Origin: Candidatus Eiseniibacteriota bacterium
Lineage (GTDB): Bacteria; Eisenbacteria; RBG-16-71-46; JABDJR01
Length of the DNA: 64,000 nt
Assembly (NCBI GenBank): GCA_963762255.1
Contig: CAVXKA010000002.1
Span: 832,001-896,000 of the forward strand
Direction of reading: 5' to 3'
The position numbers and the translations under genes were made by a program. This document shows, piece by piece, positions 18,657-29,033 of this stretch. The notes under the pieces were generated by a model. That model was not told the DNA's origin and searched no databases. It saw nothing but the letters and a program-made list of their open reading frames with translations. Each line of letters opens with the position of its first letter. Within the stretch, counting starts at the first letter, position 1.

Positions 18657-19651
18657 GCACCGTGCCCGCCACTGGCGCGACGGAGATCACGTATCTCGAG
18701 GCGATCCGTCAGGCGCTCTTCGAGGAGATGGCGCGCGACGAGCGGGTGCTGCTGATCGGCGAGGACGTGGCCACCTATGGCGGTGCGTTCGGGGTGACGA
18801 GCGGTCTGAGCGAGCGCTTCGGCGCGGACCGCGTCCTCGACACCCCGATCAGCGAGACCGGCTTCACCGGCGCCGCTTGCGGGGCAGCGCTCATGGGCTT
18901 TCGGCCGGTGGTCGAGTTCCAGTTCATCGACTTCATCGCCTGCGCCTTCGACATGATCGTCAACTTCGCGGCGCCGCAGCGATACCGCACCGGGATGGCC
19001 TTGCCGCTGGTCTTTCGCGGACCGTGCGGAGGCGGTGTGCGAGGCGGCCCCTTTCACAGCCAGAACCCCGAGGCCTTCTTCTTCAACACGCCGGGGCTCA
19101 AGATCGTGGCTCCGGCGACCGCTCATGACGCCAAGGGACTCCTCAAGGCGGCCATCCGCGACGACGATCCCGTGATCTTTCTCGAGCACAAGTTCCTGTA
19201 CCGGCGCATCAAGGAGGTCCTCCCCGACGAGGACATCGTGGTACCGATCGGCAAAGGCATCGTCCGACGTCCGGGTACGGATCTCACCATCCTCACCTAC
19301 GGTGGGATGATGCACCGTTCGCTGGAGGCCGCGAACACGCTCGAAGGCGAAGGGATCTCGGCGGAGGTCATCGACCTGCGCAGCCTCCTTCCCTTCGACG
19401 AGGAGATGATCCTCGCGTCCGCCCGCAAGACCGGAAAGGTGCTGATCGCGCACGAGGACACGCTGACCGGCGGAGTCGGCGCCGAGTTCGCCGCGCGCAT
19501 CGGCGAAAAGGCGTTCGAATACCTCGATGCGCCGGTGCTGCGGGTGGCGAGCCTCGACACGCCCGTCCCCTACAGCCCGCCGCTGGAGGATTTCTTCATG
19601 CCCAACACTCACACTATCGCCAGCGCCGCGCGTCGGCTTGCGGCGTACTGA
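18653..19651 (+). CDS. 2-oxoacid dehydrogenase E1 beta subunit
   Basis: GEDV..GGAF, DTPISE, EFQFIDF, FHSQNPE, DPVIFLEHK. Confidence 0.93.
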   Translation: MSTVPATGATEITYLEAIRQALFEEMARDERVLLIGEDVATYGGAFGVTSGLSERFGADRVLDTPISETGFTGAACGAALMGFRPVVEFQFIDFIACAFDMIVNFAAPQRYRTGMALPLVFRGPCGGGVRGGPFHSQNPEAFFFNTPGLKIVAPATAHDAKGLLKAAIRDDDPVIFLEHKFLYRRIKEVLPDEDIVVPIGKGIVRRPGTDLTILTYGGMMHRSLEAANTLEGEGISAEVIDLRSLLPFDEEMILASARKTGKVLIAHEDTLTGGVGAEFAARIGEKAFEYLDAPVLRVASLDTPVPYSPPLEDFFMPNTHTIASAARRLAAY

Positions 19652-19664
19652 CGGAGGCAGAGCC

Positions 19665-21050
19665 ATGGCCCAGGAAGTCATCATGCCCCAGATGGGCGAG
19701 TCGCTCGCCGAGGGGACCATCACCAAGTGGATCAAGAAAGTCGGGGACCGGGTGGAGCGCGACGAGCCCCTCTTCGAGATCTCGACCGACAAGGTGGACG
19801 CGGAAATTCCCGCGCCGGCGGCAGGTGTGCTGCTGGAGATCAGGTTCGGCGAGGGGCAGACGGTGCCGGTCAATACCGTGGTGGGGATGATCGGGGCGGC
19901 CGGCGAGGCGGCCCCGGGTCCCGCCGCGGCCGCGCCGGCGGCGAAACCGTCGCCCGCACCACCCCCGGCGGCGATCCCGCCTACTGCGCCGACTGCATCA
20001 CTCCCCGCCGTGGAGGCGCCTTCAGTCCTGTCTCAGCCCGCCGCTGGCGCACTCGCCGAGACGCCCCGCGGCGAGCAGACTCCAGAGGAACTGCGCCGGC
20101 TGCGGTCATCGCCGGTCGTGCGCAAGATCGCGGCCGAGCACGGGGTAGACATCGCGACCCTGCCGGGCACGGGCATCTCCGGACGGGTGACCAAGAAGGA
20201 CATCCTCGGCTTCATCGAACACGGCGGCGTCCCTGCCATGCCTGCGCCGGCGGTCGCGCCCGCCCCCACCCCCGCCGCCGCCGCGGCAGCAACGGCGACG
20301 GGCGCGGGGGGCCTCGGTGCGGCCATCCCCGACCTGCGCATCCCCGCCTACGCGGAGGGCGAGCCGGTCGTGATCGAGCCCATGAGCGTCATGCGCCGCA
20401 AGATCGCCGACCACATGCTCTACTCGCAGACCATCGCCGCGCACGTCACATCCTTCTTCGATGTAGATTTCGAGACGGTCGCGCGGGAGCGCAAGGCCCT
20501 CAAGTCCTCCTTCGCGGAGAAGGGGGTGAACCTGACCTACATGCCCTTCATCATCCGCGCGATCGTGGACGGCCTTCAGCGTCATCCGTACGTCAATGCT
20601 TCGGTCATGGGCGACAAGATCGTGCTCAAGAAGGAGATCAACATCGGGATCGCTGTCGCGCTGGAGGAGGGCAAGGGCCTCATCGTGCCGGTCATCCGAC
20701 ACGCCGACGAGATGAACCTGCTCGGGCTCGCCCGCGCGGTGAACGACCTCGGGGAGCGCGCCCGCACGAAACGGCTGTCACCGGACGATGTGCAGCGAGG
20801 CACCTTCTCGATCACCAACCCCGGCGTGTACGGCGGGCTCATGGGAACGCCGATCATCAACCAACCCCAGGTGGCGATCCTCGGGGTAGGCGCCATCGAG
20901 AAGCGGCCGGTGGTGATCAACGACGCGATCGCGATTCGCCATCGCGCGTACCTCTCGCTCTCCTACGACCACCGCCTCGTGGACGGCGCCATGGCCGAGA
21001 GCTTCATGGCCCACGTGAAGAAATTCCTGGAGGCGGGAAGTATCCAGTGA
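19665..21050 (+). CDS. Dihydrolipoamide acyltransferase E2 (one lipoyl domain)
   Basis: MPQMGES..ISTDKVDAEIPAP lipoyl domain, SPVVRKIA..GRVTKKD E3-binding domain, SYDHRLVDG catalytic motif. Confidence 0.94.
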   Translation: MAQEVIMPQMGESLAEGTITKWIKKVGDRVERDEPLFEISTDKVDAEIPAPAAGVLLEIRFGEGQTVPVNTVVGMIGAAGEAAPGPAAAAPAAKPSPAPPPAAIPPTAPTASLPAVEAPSVLSQPAAGALAETPRGEQTPEELRRLRSSPVVRKIAAEHGVDIATLPGTGISGRVTKKDILGFIEHGGVPAMPAPAVAPAPTPAAAAAATATGAGGLGAAIPDLRIPAYAEGEPVVIEPMSVMRRKIADHMLYSQTIAAHVTSFFDVDFETVARERKALKSSFAEKGVNLTYMPFIIRAIVDGLQRHPYVNASVMGDKIVLKKEINIGIAVALEEGKGLIVPVIRHADEMNLLGLARAVNDLGERARTKRLSPDDVQRGTFSITNPGVYGGLMGTPIINQPQVAILGVGAIEKRPVVINDAIAIRHRAYLSLSYDHRLVDGAMAESFMAHVKKFLEAGSIQ

Positions 21051-21706
21051 GCGATGGCCGGACGATCGAGGCTGCCTGGCTCGGCCGCGTGGCCTACGCG
21101 GACGGCTTGCGCATGCAGGAGGAGCGGGTGGATGCGGTGCGCGAGGGCCGCGCCGCCGAGGCGCTCTTCCTGCTCGAGCACGACCCGGTCATCACTCTCG
21201 GTCGCAACGCCCACCGCGAGAACGTTGTGGCCTCGGAAGAGGCCCTCCGCAATCTAGGCATCGCCGTGGCGGAATGCGGGCGAGGGGGCGACGTGACGTA
21301 TCATGGACCCGGGCAACTCGTCGGGTACCCGATCCTCAATCTGGCCCCGGATCGCAAGGACGTTTGGAAATACGTGCGCGGCCTCGAAGAGGCGATCATC
21401 CTCACGCTCTCGGAGTACGATATCGAAGCCGGACGTATCCATGGGCTCACCGGGGTGTGGGCGGATGGGAACAAGGTGGCGGCGATCGGCGTCCGGGTGG
21501 CGCGATGGATCACGAGCCATGGGTTCGCGTTGAACGTGGCTCCGAATCTGGGGCATTTCGCGACGATCGTCCCCTGCGGCATCCGCGACCACGGAGTGAC
21601 CAGCATGGAGCGGCTTCTACCGGCTCCGCCCCCTCTCGTGGAGGTGGCACAGCGCTTTGCACCGCATTTCGCCGCAATCTTCGGCCGCGACCTGGAATGG
21701 AGATGA
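21047..21706 (+). CDS. lipB: Octanoyltransferase
   Basis: LLEHDPVITLGR, RGGDVTYHGPGQLVGYP, KVAAIG, HGFALN, IVPCGI; GTG start overlaps the E2 stop. Confidence 0.95.
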   Translation: MSDGRTIEAAWLGRVAYADGLRMQEERVDAVREGRAAEALFLLEHDPVITLGRNAHRENVVASEEALRNLGIAVAECGRGGDVTYHGPGQLVGYPILNLAPDRKDVWKYVRGLEEAIILTLSEYDIEAGRIHGLTGVWADGNKVAAIGVRVARWITSHGFALNVAPNLGHFATIVPCGIRDHGVTSMERLLPAPPPLVEVAQRFAPHFAAIFGRDLEWR

Positions 21707-21707
21707 G

Positions 21708-22607
21708 ATGACCGTACCGAAATCCCCCACCGACCGCCGTCCGGAGTGGATCAAGATCCAACTGCGCAACACCGATGAGTTCCGTGAAGTGAAGTCGCTG
21801 GTCAAGGGACTCAAGCTCCACACCGTGTGCGAGGAGGCGCGCTGCCCCAACGTCTTCGAGTGCTGGGGACGCGAGAAGACCGCGACCTTCATGGTGATGG
21901 GCGGTATCTGCACGCGTCACTGCACCTTCTGCAACGTCGAGAAGGGGCAGCCCGGCTACCTGGATCCGGAGGAGCCGGCCCATGTGGCGGAGGCGGTGAA
22001 GGTGCTGGGCCTTCGCCACGCAGTGATCACCCAGGTGAACCGCGACGATCTTCCAGACGGCGGGGCCGCGCACTTCGCTCGGACCATCTCCGAAATCCGC
22101 GCGCTATCGCCCGAATGCCGGGTCGAGGTGCTGATCAGCGATCTCCAGGGCGACTGGGACGCGCTGGAGACCCTTCTCGACGCGCGTCCCGACGTCCTCG
22201 CCCACAACATCGAATGCGTCAAGCCGCTCTACCGTCGCGTGCGGCCGTATGCCGTGTACGAGCGCACGCTGGAACTGCTGGAGCGGGCGGCCCGGGCTCG
22301 CGGCAAGCGCATCCGCGCCACCAAGTCGGGAATCATGGTGGGCCTCGGCGAGACCGTCGACGAGATCATGGACCTGATGCGCGATCTCCGTCGCGCGGAC
22401 GTGGACATCTTCACCGTGGGGCAGTATCTGCAGCCCACGAAGAAGCACCACCCCATCCTCAAGTACTACACGCCGGAGGAGTTCGAGCGGCTCCGCGAGC
22501 TGGGGATGGAGGCGGGATTCAAGTACGTGGAGTCGGGACCGCTGGTGCGGTCGTCCTACCACGCGGGGCGGGCGACGGCAGCCATGGATGTCCTGCTCGC
22601 CGACTAG
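21708..22607 (+). CDS. lipA: Lipoyl synthase
   Basis: TVCEEARCPNVFECW, CTRHCTFC, KSGIMVGLGE, GQYLQP, PLVRSSY. Confidence 0.97.
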   Translation: MTVPKSPTDRRPEWIKIQLRNTDEFREVKSLVKGLKLHTVCEEARCPNVFECWGREKTATFMVMGGICTRHCTFCNVEKGQPGYLDPEEPAHVAEAVKVLGLRHAVITQVNRDDLPDGGAAHFARTISEIRALSPECRVEVLISDLQGDWDALETLLDARPDVLAHNIECVKPLYRRVRPYAVYERTLELLERAARARGKRIRATKSGIMVGLGETVDEIMDLMRDLRRADVDIFTVGQYLQPTKKHHPILKYYTPEEFERLRELGMEAGFKYVESGPLVRSSYHAGRATAAMDVLLAD

Positions 22608-22629
22608 CGCCTCATTGGATGACGACGCA

Positions 22630-25200
22630 CTAGGGCAGCGGCGGTTCCTCGCCCCATCCGCGCGGCAGGTATTCGGGCGGGACCAGCATGAGCGGTCGTC
22701 CGGGCGCGTTCACCATCCCGCGCAAGTAGACCTCTTCATAGGGAACGACTGTGTCGATTCGCGCCGCGTCGCCGCCCGCCGACGCTAGCGACCGCGCCAA
22801 AGTGCGGATCCCTGGAATCTGCGGAAGAAGCTGCGGCAGCGAGAAGAGCTTTCGCGGCGGATACTCGGTGATGACGACCTCGTCATTCGGATCCAGTCCG
22901 GCCAGCGCTTTGGCCTCCTGAATGGCCGCGTCGAGCCCCCCGAAGCGATCGGCGAGACCGCGCTCCATGGCGTCGCCCCCCATCCAAACCCGGCCTTCGG
23001 CGATCTCGCGCACGCGCTCCTCGGTGAGGCCGCGCCCTTCGGCCACTCCCATCACGAACGCGTCGTACTCTTCGAGGATGAGGCGCTTGACCATCTCGCG
23101 CTCCTCGTCGGTGACCGCGCGCTCCGGAACCACGCCGTCGATGAGCGGGATGCGGATGCCGGTGAAGAGGTCCGCGTGCTTGCCGCGCTGCACCCCGTCG
23201 GCGGTGAATCCGAACTTCTCGCTGAAGCCCTCGTCCCAGATCCAGCCGGCGATGATGCCGATGGAACCGGTGATGGTGAGCGGTGTGGTGAGCACCTTGC
23301 TCCCGTTCATGCTGATCCAGTACCCGCCGGAGGCGGCCACGTCTCCCTGGCTCACCACGACCGGTTTTCCCTTCTCCCTGAGCTTGCGGGTTCCCTCCGC
23401 CACGAGGTCGCTGGGCAGTGGATCGCCGCCCGGTGAGTCCGCGCGCAGCACCACGGCGCGCACGTCTCGGTCACGGATGAGACCGCGCATGTACTTTCCG
23501 GTCGCGCGGCCTCGGATCCCCGAGTCCATCGCACACTCGCCCACCGCGTAGACGACCGCGATCTCCGGCGGCTGACCCCAGCGCTCGTCGGAGAACGAGC
23601 GCCGATCGGAAGCGCCGGGCAGACCGCCCACCCGCAGGCTGCCTTCCTTGCCCAGCCGCTCGGTGAGGTCGGGCCATCGGCCGAGACGATCCACGAGGCC
23701 GAGTGCCAGCGCGCGCTTCGCGAGCAGGAACACCTCGTCGTTCACAACGGCATCGAACGCTTCCGCGGAGAGCCCGCGCCCTTCGCACACCCCTTCCCGC
23801 CACGTCTCGTAGATCACGTCCACCAGGCGGCCGAGCTGCTCCCTGTCCGCCTCCGACATGTCGGCACGCGAGAAGGTCTGGAACGCGGTCTTGTGGGAGA
23901 GGAACCGCCATTCCTCCGCTCCGAGTCCCAGCTTCTCCAGCGCGCCTCGGAGATAGGTGCGGTGCACGGCGAGACCGGGGAGCATGAGATCGCCCTGCGG
24001 GTCGAGCGTGATGTCGTCGGCGACCGAGGCCAGGTAGAGCCCGCTCATGTCGAGGCGGTCGGCGTAGACATGGATGCGCTTGCCGGCCGCGCGAAGCTCC
24101 TCCAGCTTCCCGCGTAGCTCCCATACGAGCGAGGGGCGTCCGCGGAAACTCGACAGGTTGATCGCGACGCCGGCCGCACCCGGCTCGTCGCGGATCGCGT
24201 CGAGGGTGCGCGCGAGATCGATCCAGGCAATGTGCCTGTCGTCGAACCAGCGGTCCTTCTGGTACGTCAGCACCTTGTTCTCGAGATCGAGCGGAACGAC
24301 GGTGTTCGCGGCGAACCGCTTGCGTAGTTCCCTACCCACAGGGATCCCCCGATACGGGGGTTGCACTCGCACGAGGTAACTCGTGGACTCGTGGTCGAAG
24401 TCCTCGCTTCGACGTCCGATCGCGTGGACGCCCGCTCCGTCAAAGGTCACGCCGAGGCCGACGTGGTACCGCACGTCCTCATCGTCGGCGTCCCTTACCT
24501 TGAAGGTCATGTCCACGCCGCGGACGGGACGCACCTCGATGCCCCCACCCCATGCCTCGGCTCCACCGGTCGGCCGGCGCAGCGTGTAGTCGGCGAATAG
24601 CGTGACGAGCGGCGTGCCGAGCGGGCGGACACCGACATCGATAATCCCTTCGCGGAAACCGTCGTCGCCGGTGAAGAACCCCGACAGCCCGACGCTCGTG
24701 CGCCGGTCCGGCCGGACGAGGGCGCCGAGCACGAGACCGCCGTCGACATCGAAGCGCTCGAGATCGCCGCCGTGCCATCGCCACGCCGCGCCGACGTGGG
24801 CGCGACGGTCGCCCGCGGCGAATCCTAGCTGGTAGGTGCGCAGGCGCGACTCGGGTCCCGAGCCTCTGTCATAGCCGCGACTGTCCATCGCGAAGCCGAG
24901 CGGCCCGCCGAGCGACAGCCCCCAACTGGCGCGATCGCCTTCACCGGCCTTGTGCGGAGTCAGCCAGGCCGCGAGCTCCCCCCGTCCCATGGCCCACGCC
25001 GCGGGATTGTAGAAAGCTCCCGGCGCTCCGGCGGTTACGCCGGGACTCTGGGGGAGGAAGTCGGAGGTCTCGGGGTAGCTGAAGCCCGAGTCCCCAGCGA
25101 AGACGAGACCGGCAACGCTCATGGCCCATGGGATGACCAGCGCGGGAATCAATCGACGCGACGACACGATCCTCGGATGGCGGCGAAGTCGAAGATGCAT
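22630..25200 (-). CDS. sppA: Signal peptide peptidase SppA (S49, long form) with a large N-terminal beta-rich extension
   Basis: LYLASVAD, RADSPGG, VAASGGYWIS, TITGSIGI, IAEGRVWMG; start uncertain. Confidence 0.88.
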   Translation of the reverse strand: MHLRLRRHPRIVSSRRLIPALVIPWAMSVAGLVFAGDSGFSYPETSDFLPQSPGVTAGAPGAFYNPAAWAMGRGELAAWLTPHKAGEGDRASWGLSLGGPLGFAMDSRGYDRGSGPESRLRTYQLGFAAGDRRAHVGAAWRWHGGDLERFDVDGGLVLGALVRPDRRTSVGLSGFFTGDDGFREGIIDVGVRPLGTPLVTLFADYTLRRPTGGAEAWGGGIEVRPVRGVDMTFKVRDADDEDVRYHVGLGVTFDGAGVHAIGRRSEDFDHESTSYLVRVQPPYRGIPVGRELRKRFAANTVVPLDLENKVLTYQKDRWFDDRHIAWIDLARTLDAIRDEPGAAGVAINLSSFRGRPSLVWELRGKLEELRAAGKRIHVYADRLDMSGLYLASVADDITLDPQGDLMLPGLAVHRTYLRGALEKLGLGAEEWRFLSHKTAFQTFSRADMSEADREQLGRLVDVIYETWREGVCEGRGLSAEAFDAVVNDEVFLLAKRALALGLVDRLGRWPDLTERLGKEGSLRVGGLPGASDRRSFSDERWGQPPEIAVVYAVGECAMDSGIRGRATGKYMRGLIRDRDVRAVVLRADSPGGDPLPSDLVAEGTRKLREKGKPVVVSQGDVAASGGYWISMNGSKVLTTPLTITGSIGIIAGWIWDEGFSEKFGFTADGVQRGKHADLFTGIRIPLIDGVVPERAVTDEEREMVKRLILEEYDAFVMGVAEGRGLTEERVREIAEGRVWMGGDAMERGLADRFGGLDAAIQEAKALAGLDPNDEVVITEYPPRKLFSLPQLLPQIPGIRTLARSLASAGGDAARIDTVVPYEEVYLRGMVNAPGRPLMLVPPEYLPRGWGEEPPLP

Positions 25201-25298
25201 GAACACCCCCCACGGCGTGACACGGCCCGGACAGCATCGGGCATGGTCGCCTCTCCGCTCGGCCTCGTCAACACCCGGCGGAGACAAGCGTCGGGGCT

Positions 25299-26114
25299 CT
25301 ACTTCCCCGAAGCATCCATCTTGGGCATCTCCTTCTTTTTGTAGCCGGCCGGAACGTCGAAGACTCCCGCCGGCGGGGCGTCATGAGTGATCGACTCGAT
25401 GAGCGTCTCGTGCGCGACCTTGCCGTCCTCCATCCGCTCGCTGAGGATCGGCACTCCGTCGATTTCGCCCCCTTCCGACCATGGGTTCGCTGTGCCTTTC
25501 GCGAACTGCGAAAGTCGCGACGTCATCGACTCGAACATCTTGCCCATCTTCGTGAACACCGCCATGTCGGCCTCGGATACCTTGACCGCCCCCAGTGGTG
25601 CGGCCCAGATCCGGCTCTCGACCGTACCGCCCCGACTGACGTCGAAGCGCGCACACGAGAAGCCGCTGACCGACTTCGACTCGCCCGTCTTGGTGACCTT
25701 GCGCTCCCCCTGCTCCGGCCCTGCGTCCCCTTTCAACTTGGCCATCTGCTTCTCCATCATCTGGCGCTGCTCCGGAGGGAGATTCGCCATCGCCTCCTTC
25801 ATCCGGGAGTCCACCTGATCCAACTGCTTGGCCATCTGGTCCAAGGTGGCCTTGTCGATGATCGTGTACGACTTGTCCTTGTCGTCGATCATCCAGAGCG
25901 TCTGCTTCTCGGCATCGAAGATCATATGGGCCCCGGACGACTTGTCCTTGCCCTGCTGCCAAACGGTGGCGAGCTTGTCGGCGGTTGCGTACATCGTGCC
26001 GGTCGTCCGGTCCTTCTCCCCAGGCTTGCCGGTACTCATGACGATGGTCACGTCGGCCAGAGCCGGCGCGCTCCAGAACGCGGCGGTCAGGACAACGAAC
26101 AGTAGACGTTTCAT
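25299..26114 (-). CDS. Secreted DUF4412-like protein
   Basis: Signal peptide, IDDKDKSY, NLPPEQRQMM, KTGESKSVSGFSC, C-terminal FDVPAGYKK. Confidence 0.75.
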   Translation of the reverse strand: MKRLLFVVLTAAFWSAPALADVTIVMSTGKPGEKDRTTGTMYATADKLATVWQQGKDKSSGAHMIFDAEKQTLWMIDDKDKSYTIIDKATLDQMAKQLDQVDSRMKEAMANLPPEQRQMMEKQMAKLKGDAGPEQGERKVTKTGESKSVSGFSCARFDVSRGGTVESRIWAAPLGAVKVSEADMAVFTKMGKMFESMTSRLSQFAKGTANPWSEGGEIDGVPILSERMEDGKVAHETLIESITHDAPPAGVFDVPAGYKKKEMPKMDASGK

Positions 26115-26318
26115 GTGTGGGTTCCCCTCCTGCGAAAGAGCCGATTCCGACGCTGGATCGTACCAGGGGAGGGCCGGCGCGCCCAGACCCGCCGCGTCTT
26201 GACGCGTTCCTTACGGCCGACGCCCGGTCTTGACGCCCTCCTTACATCCAGGTGGCTAGGATGACCCATGGGGGATCGCGCCGACGCGTCGGCGATCCAC
26301 CCACAGGAGTCGTCCACG

Positions 26319-28189
26319 ATGCGAAGCCTTCGACAGAAGCTGCTCATCTCCTACGCCTTGCTGGTCCTCGGCACGCTGGGCATGGCCGGCTGGAGCATCT
26401 ACTACTTCGGAGTGCTCGGCCAGTCGGTCCGACTCATCCTGCTGAACAACTACCGCAGCGTGCTGGACGCCCAACAGATGAAGGAGGCCCTCGAGCGCCA
26501 GGACAGCGCCATGCTCTTCACCCTCGCCGGAGACACGTCGAGAGCGATGGAGCAGTACGAGACGAACCGGCGTCGCTTCGATTCGCATTTCGCCGACGCG
26601 GCGGCCAACATCACCGAGACCGGCGAGCCCGAAATCATCCACGACATCGACGTTCTCTCGGAACGATTCGCTCAGCGCGCCGACCAGTTTCTCAAGGGAA
26701 CGGGACTCTCCCCCGCGGCTCGTCGCCGGCTCTACTTCGATGAGCTCGATCCGACGTTCACGCGACTCAAAAACCGCTGCGACGACCTGTTGACGATCAA
26801 CCAGGAGGCGATGGTGCGGGCGCAGCACCGCGCGGAGCAGCAGGCGGCCGACGCCCGCCGCGCTGCGTTCCTGGTCGCGGCGGGCCTGCTTCTCGTCGGC
26901 GTGGTGTCCGCTGTCAACTTCTCCCGGGCCCTGGTGGCGCCGTTGCGCAGGCTCGCGGCAGCCGCCGAGCGGATCGGCGAGGGGGACCTCGATTCCCACA
27001 TCGAGGTCCGGACGCAGGACGAGGTGAGGACGCTGGCGACGGCCTTCAATATCATGGCCGATCGCTTGAAGGCGTATCGGGACCGCGAGGCCGCCCGCCT
27101 GCGCGTGGCGGAGAAGAAGTCAGATGCGGTGCTCAACAGCCTCTACGAGCCCGTCATCGTGACCGGATCGCAGGGGGAAGTGATCGGCTACAACCGTGCC
27201 GCTGGCGCCTTGGTCGACGCCCCGTTGGGGTGGATCGACCGACCGGTGGAAGCGGCCGGGATTCCGCCGATCGCGAACGCCGTGCGGGAGGCCATCGCTC
27301 GGGGCGCGCCCGTGGCTCCCGAGGGCGAGCGGGGGTTGGCCCGCATCGCAAGGGGCGGGGTCGAGACCTTCTATCACGTGCGAACGGCTCCCGTCGTCCT
27401 CGAAGCGGGCACCGTCGTCGGGACCGTCACCGTGCTCGAGGACGTGACCCAGCAGCGTCAGCTCGACCGTATGAAGGACGACTTCATCTCGGTGGCTTCC
27501 CACGAGCTACGTACGCCGCTGACCTCGATGCAGATGGCGGTGCACTTGCTCGCCGAGGGTTCGGCGGGGCCCTGTCGGCCCCCCAGGCGCGCCTCGTCGA
27601 AATCGCGGTGGCCGACGCGGAGCGGCTCGAACGGCTCACCCACGATCTTCTCGATCTGAACCGCCTGGAGGCGGGAACGGTCGTTCTGACTCCGCGTCCG
27701 ATCCTCGCGGGCGACATCATCACCATGGCGTTGAAGCCGCTCGAGCCGGTGGCCGCCGATCGACGGATCTCCATGACCGTCTCTGCAAGCCCCGAGCTTC
27801 CCGCGGTGATGGGAAGCAACGAGCACCTGGCGCGGGTCGTCACGAATCTGGTGCACAACGCCTTGCGCCACACTCCCGCCGGCGGGCGCGTGGATGTTTC
27901 CGCCCGCGTCGCAGACCGATGGATGGAGTTCACGGTAGAGGATACCGGCGAGGGCATTTCCGCCGAGCACCTGCCGCTGCTGTTTCAGCGTTTCGTGAAG
28001 ATCCCCGGTGCGACACCCGGTGGGGCGGGCCTCGGTCTGTCCATCGCGCGCAGGATCGTCGAGGCCCATGGCGGCACGATCGCCGTGGAATCCACGGTCG
28101 GGCGCGGCTCGAAGTTTCGTTTCACAGTCCCGCTCGCCGGCGCCGCCGCGAGCGGACCATCTCCGATCCCGGAGAAAGGAGCGGCGTGA
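26319..28189 (+). CDS. Membrane sensor histidine kinase (4-helix sensor, HAMP, PAS, HisKA, HATPase), frameshifted near 27566-27584
   Basis: First frame ends just after [10 protein letters not shown]; second frame has [31 protein letters not shown]. One extra base in GGGGCCC joins them. Confidence 0.88.
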
Positions 28190-28983
28190 TGTCCCCATCC
28201 CGAGTTCTCATCATTGACGACGAATCGAATATCCGCGAGACGATGCGCCTCGCGCTCGAAGCGGCGGGTCACACTGCCGAGACGGCGGCGGACGGCCCCG
28301 CGGGTCTGGAGCGCTTCGGCTCCGGAGCGGAGTGGGACCTGGTGCTGCTCGACCAGCGCATGCCGGGGATGGACGGCATCGAGGTGCTACGGCGCATCCG
28401 CGAGATCAAGCCGGATGCGGAGGTCATCATGGTGACGGCGTTCGCGACGGTCGATCTGGCCGTAGACGCAATGAAGGCGGGCGCGATGGACTTCCTTCGA
28501 AAGCCGTTCACACCGGACGTGCTTCGCCGAGCGGTGGCGGCGGGAATCGAGCGCAATCGCGTCGCCGCGGCCGCACCGGCTAAACCGTCGGCTCCATCCC
28601 CCGGCCTCCTCCGCACGGGCTTCCGCAGCCTCGACGGCTACCGCTTCTGGCCCGCGCCGGATGTCGCGTCATCGGGCATCACGGTAACCGGCGCGCTCCG
28701 ACGTGCGTTCGTGGTGGCCTCGCCCCAGGGGCTGACGGAGCGCTGCACGCTGGTCCTGTCCGGGCGCGCGGTCGAGGCCGTGCTCCGGATCGCCGGGGAA
28801 AGCAACGTGCCCGCCGGTCGCGTCTCGGACGCGGCGGCCTGGGCCGTACTCATGAGCCGCCTGTGGGAGCAACGGGGCATGCCTCCCACGTCGATCGAGG
28901 TCGCCGATCTTACGCGACAGCACATCGAGGTATTGAAGGGCCTGTTGAAATCCTCGCCGGAAGTCTGGGGGCGGACGGGATGA
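28186..28983 (+). CDS. Response regulator (receiver domain plus unrecognised C-terminal domain)
   Basis: [30 protein letters not shown]; start overlaps the kinase stop. Confidence 0.85.
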   Translation: MMSPSRVLIIDDESNIRETMRLALEAAGHTAETAADGPAGLERFGSGAEWDLVLLDQRMPGMDGIEVLRRIREIKPDAEVIMVTAFATVDLAVDAMKAGAMDFLRKPFTPDVLRRAVAAGIERNRVAAAAPAKPSAPSPGLLRTGFRSLDGYRFWPAPDVASSGITVTGALRRAFVVASPQGLTERCTLVLSGRAVEAVLRIAGESNVPAGRVSDAAAWAVLMSRLWEQRGMPPTSIEVADLTRQHIEVLKGLLKSSPEVWGRTG

Positions 28984-29033
28984 TCCCGGCCGCCGCCGTG
29001 GACGGCCGGGATTGAGGGGTTCAGAGATGCCGG

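Noticed and set aside
19727-21706. 659-aa LipB with a long N-terminal extension
   Set aside because: The extension is an alternative frame of the E2 gene. LipB starts at GTG 21047.
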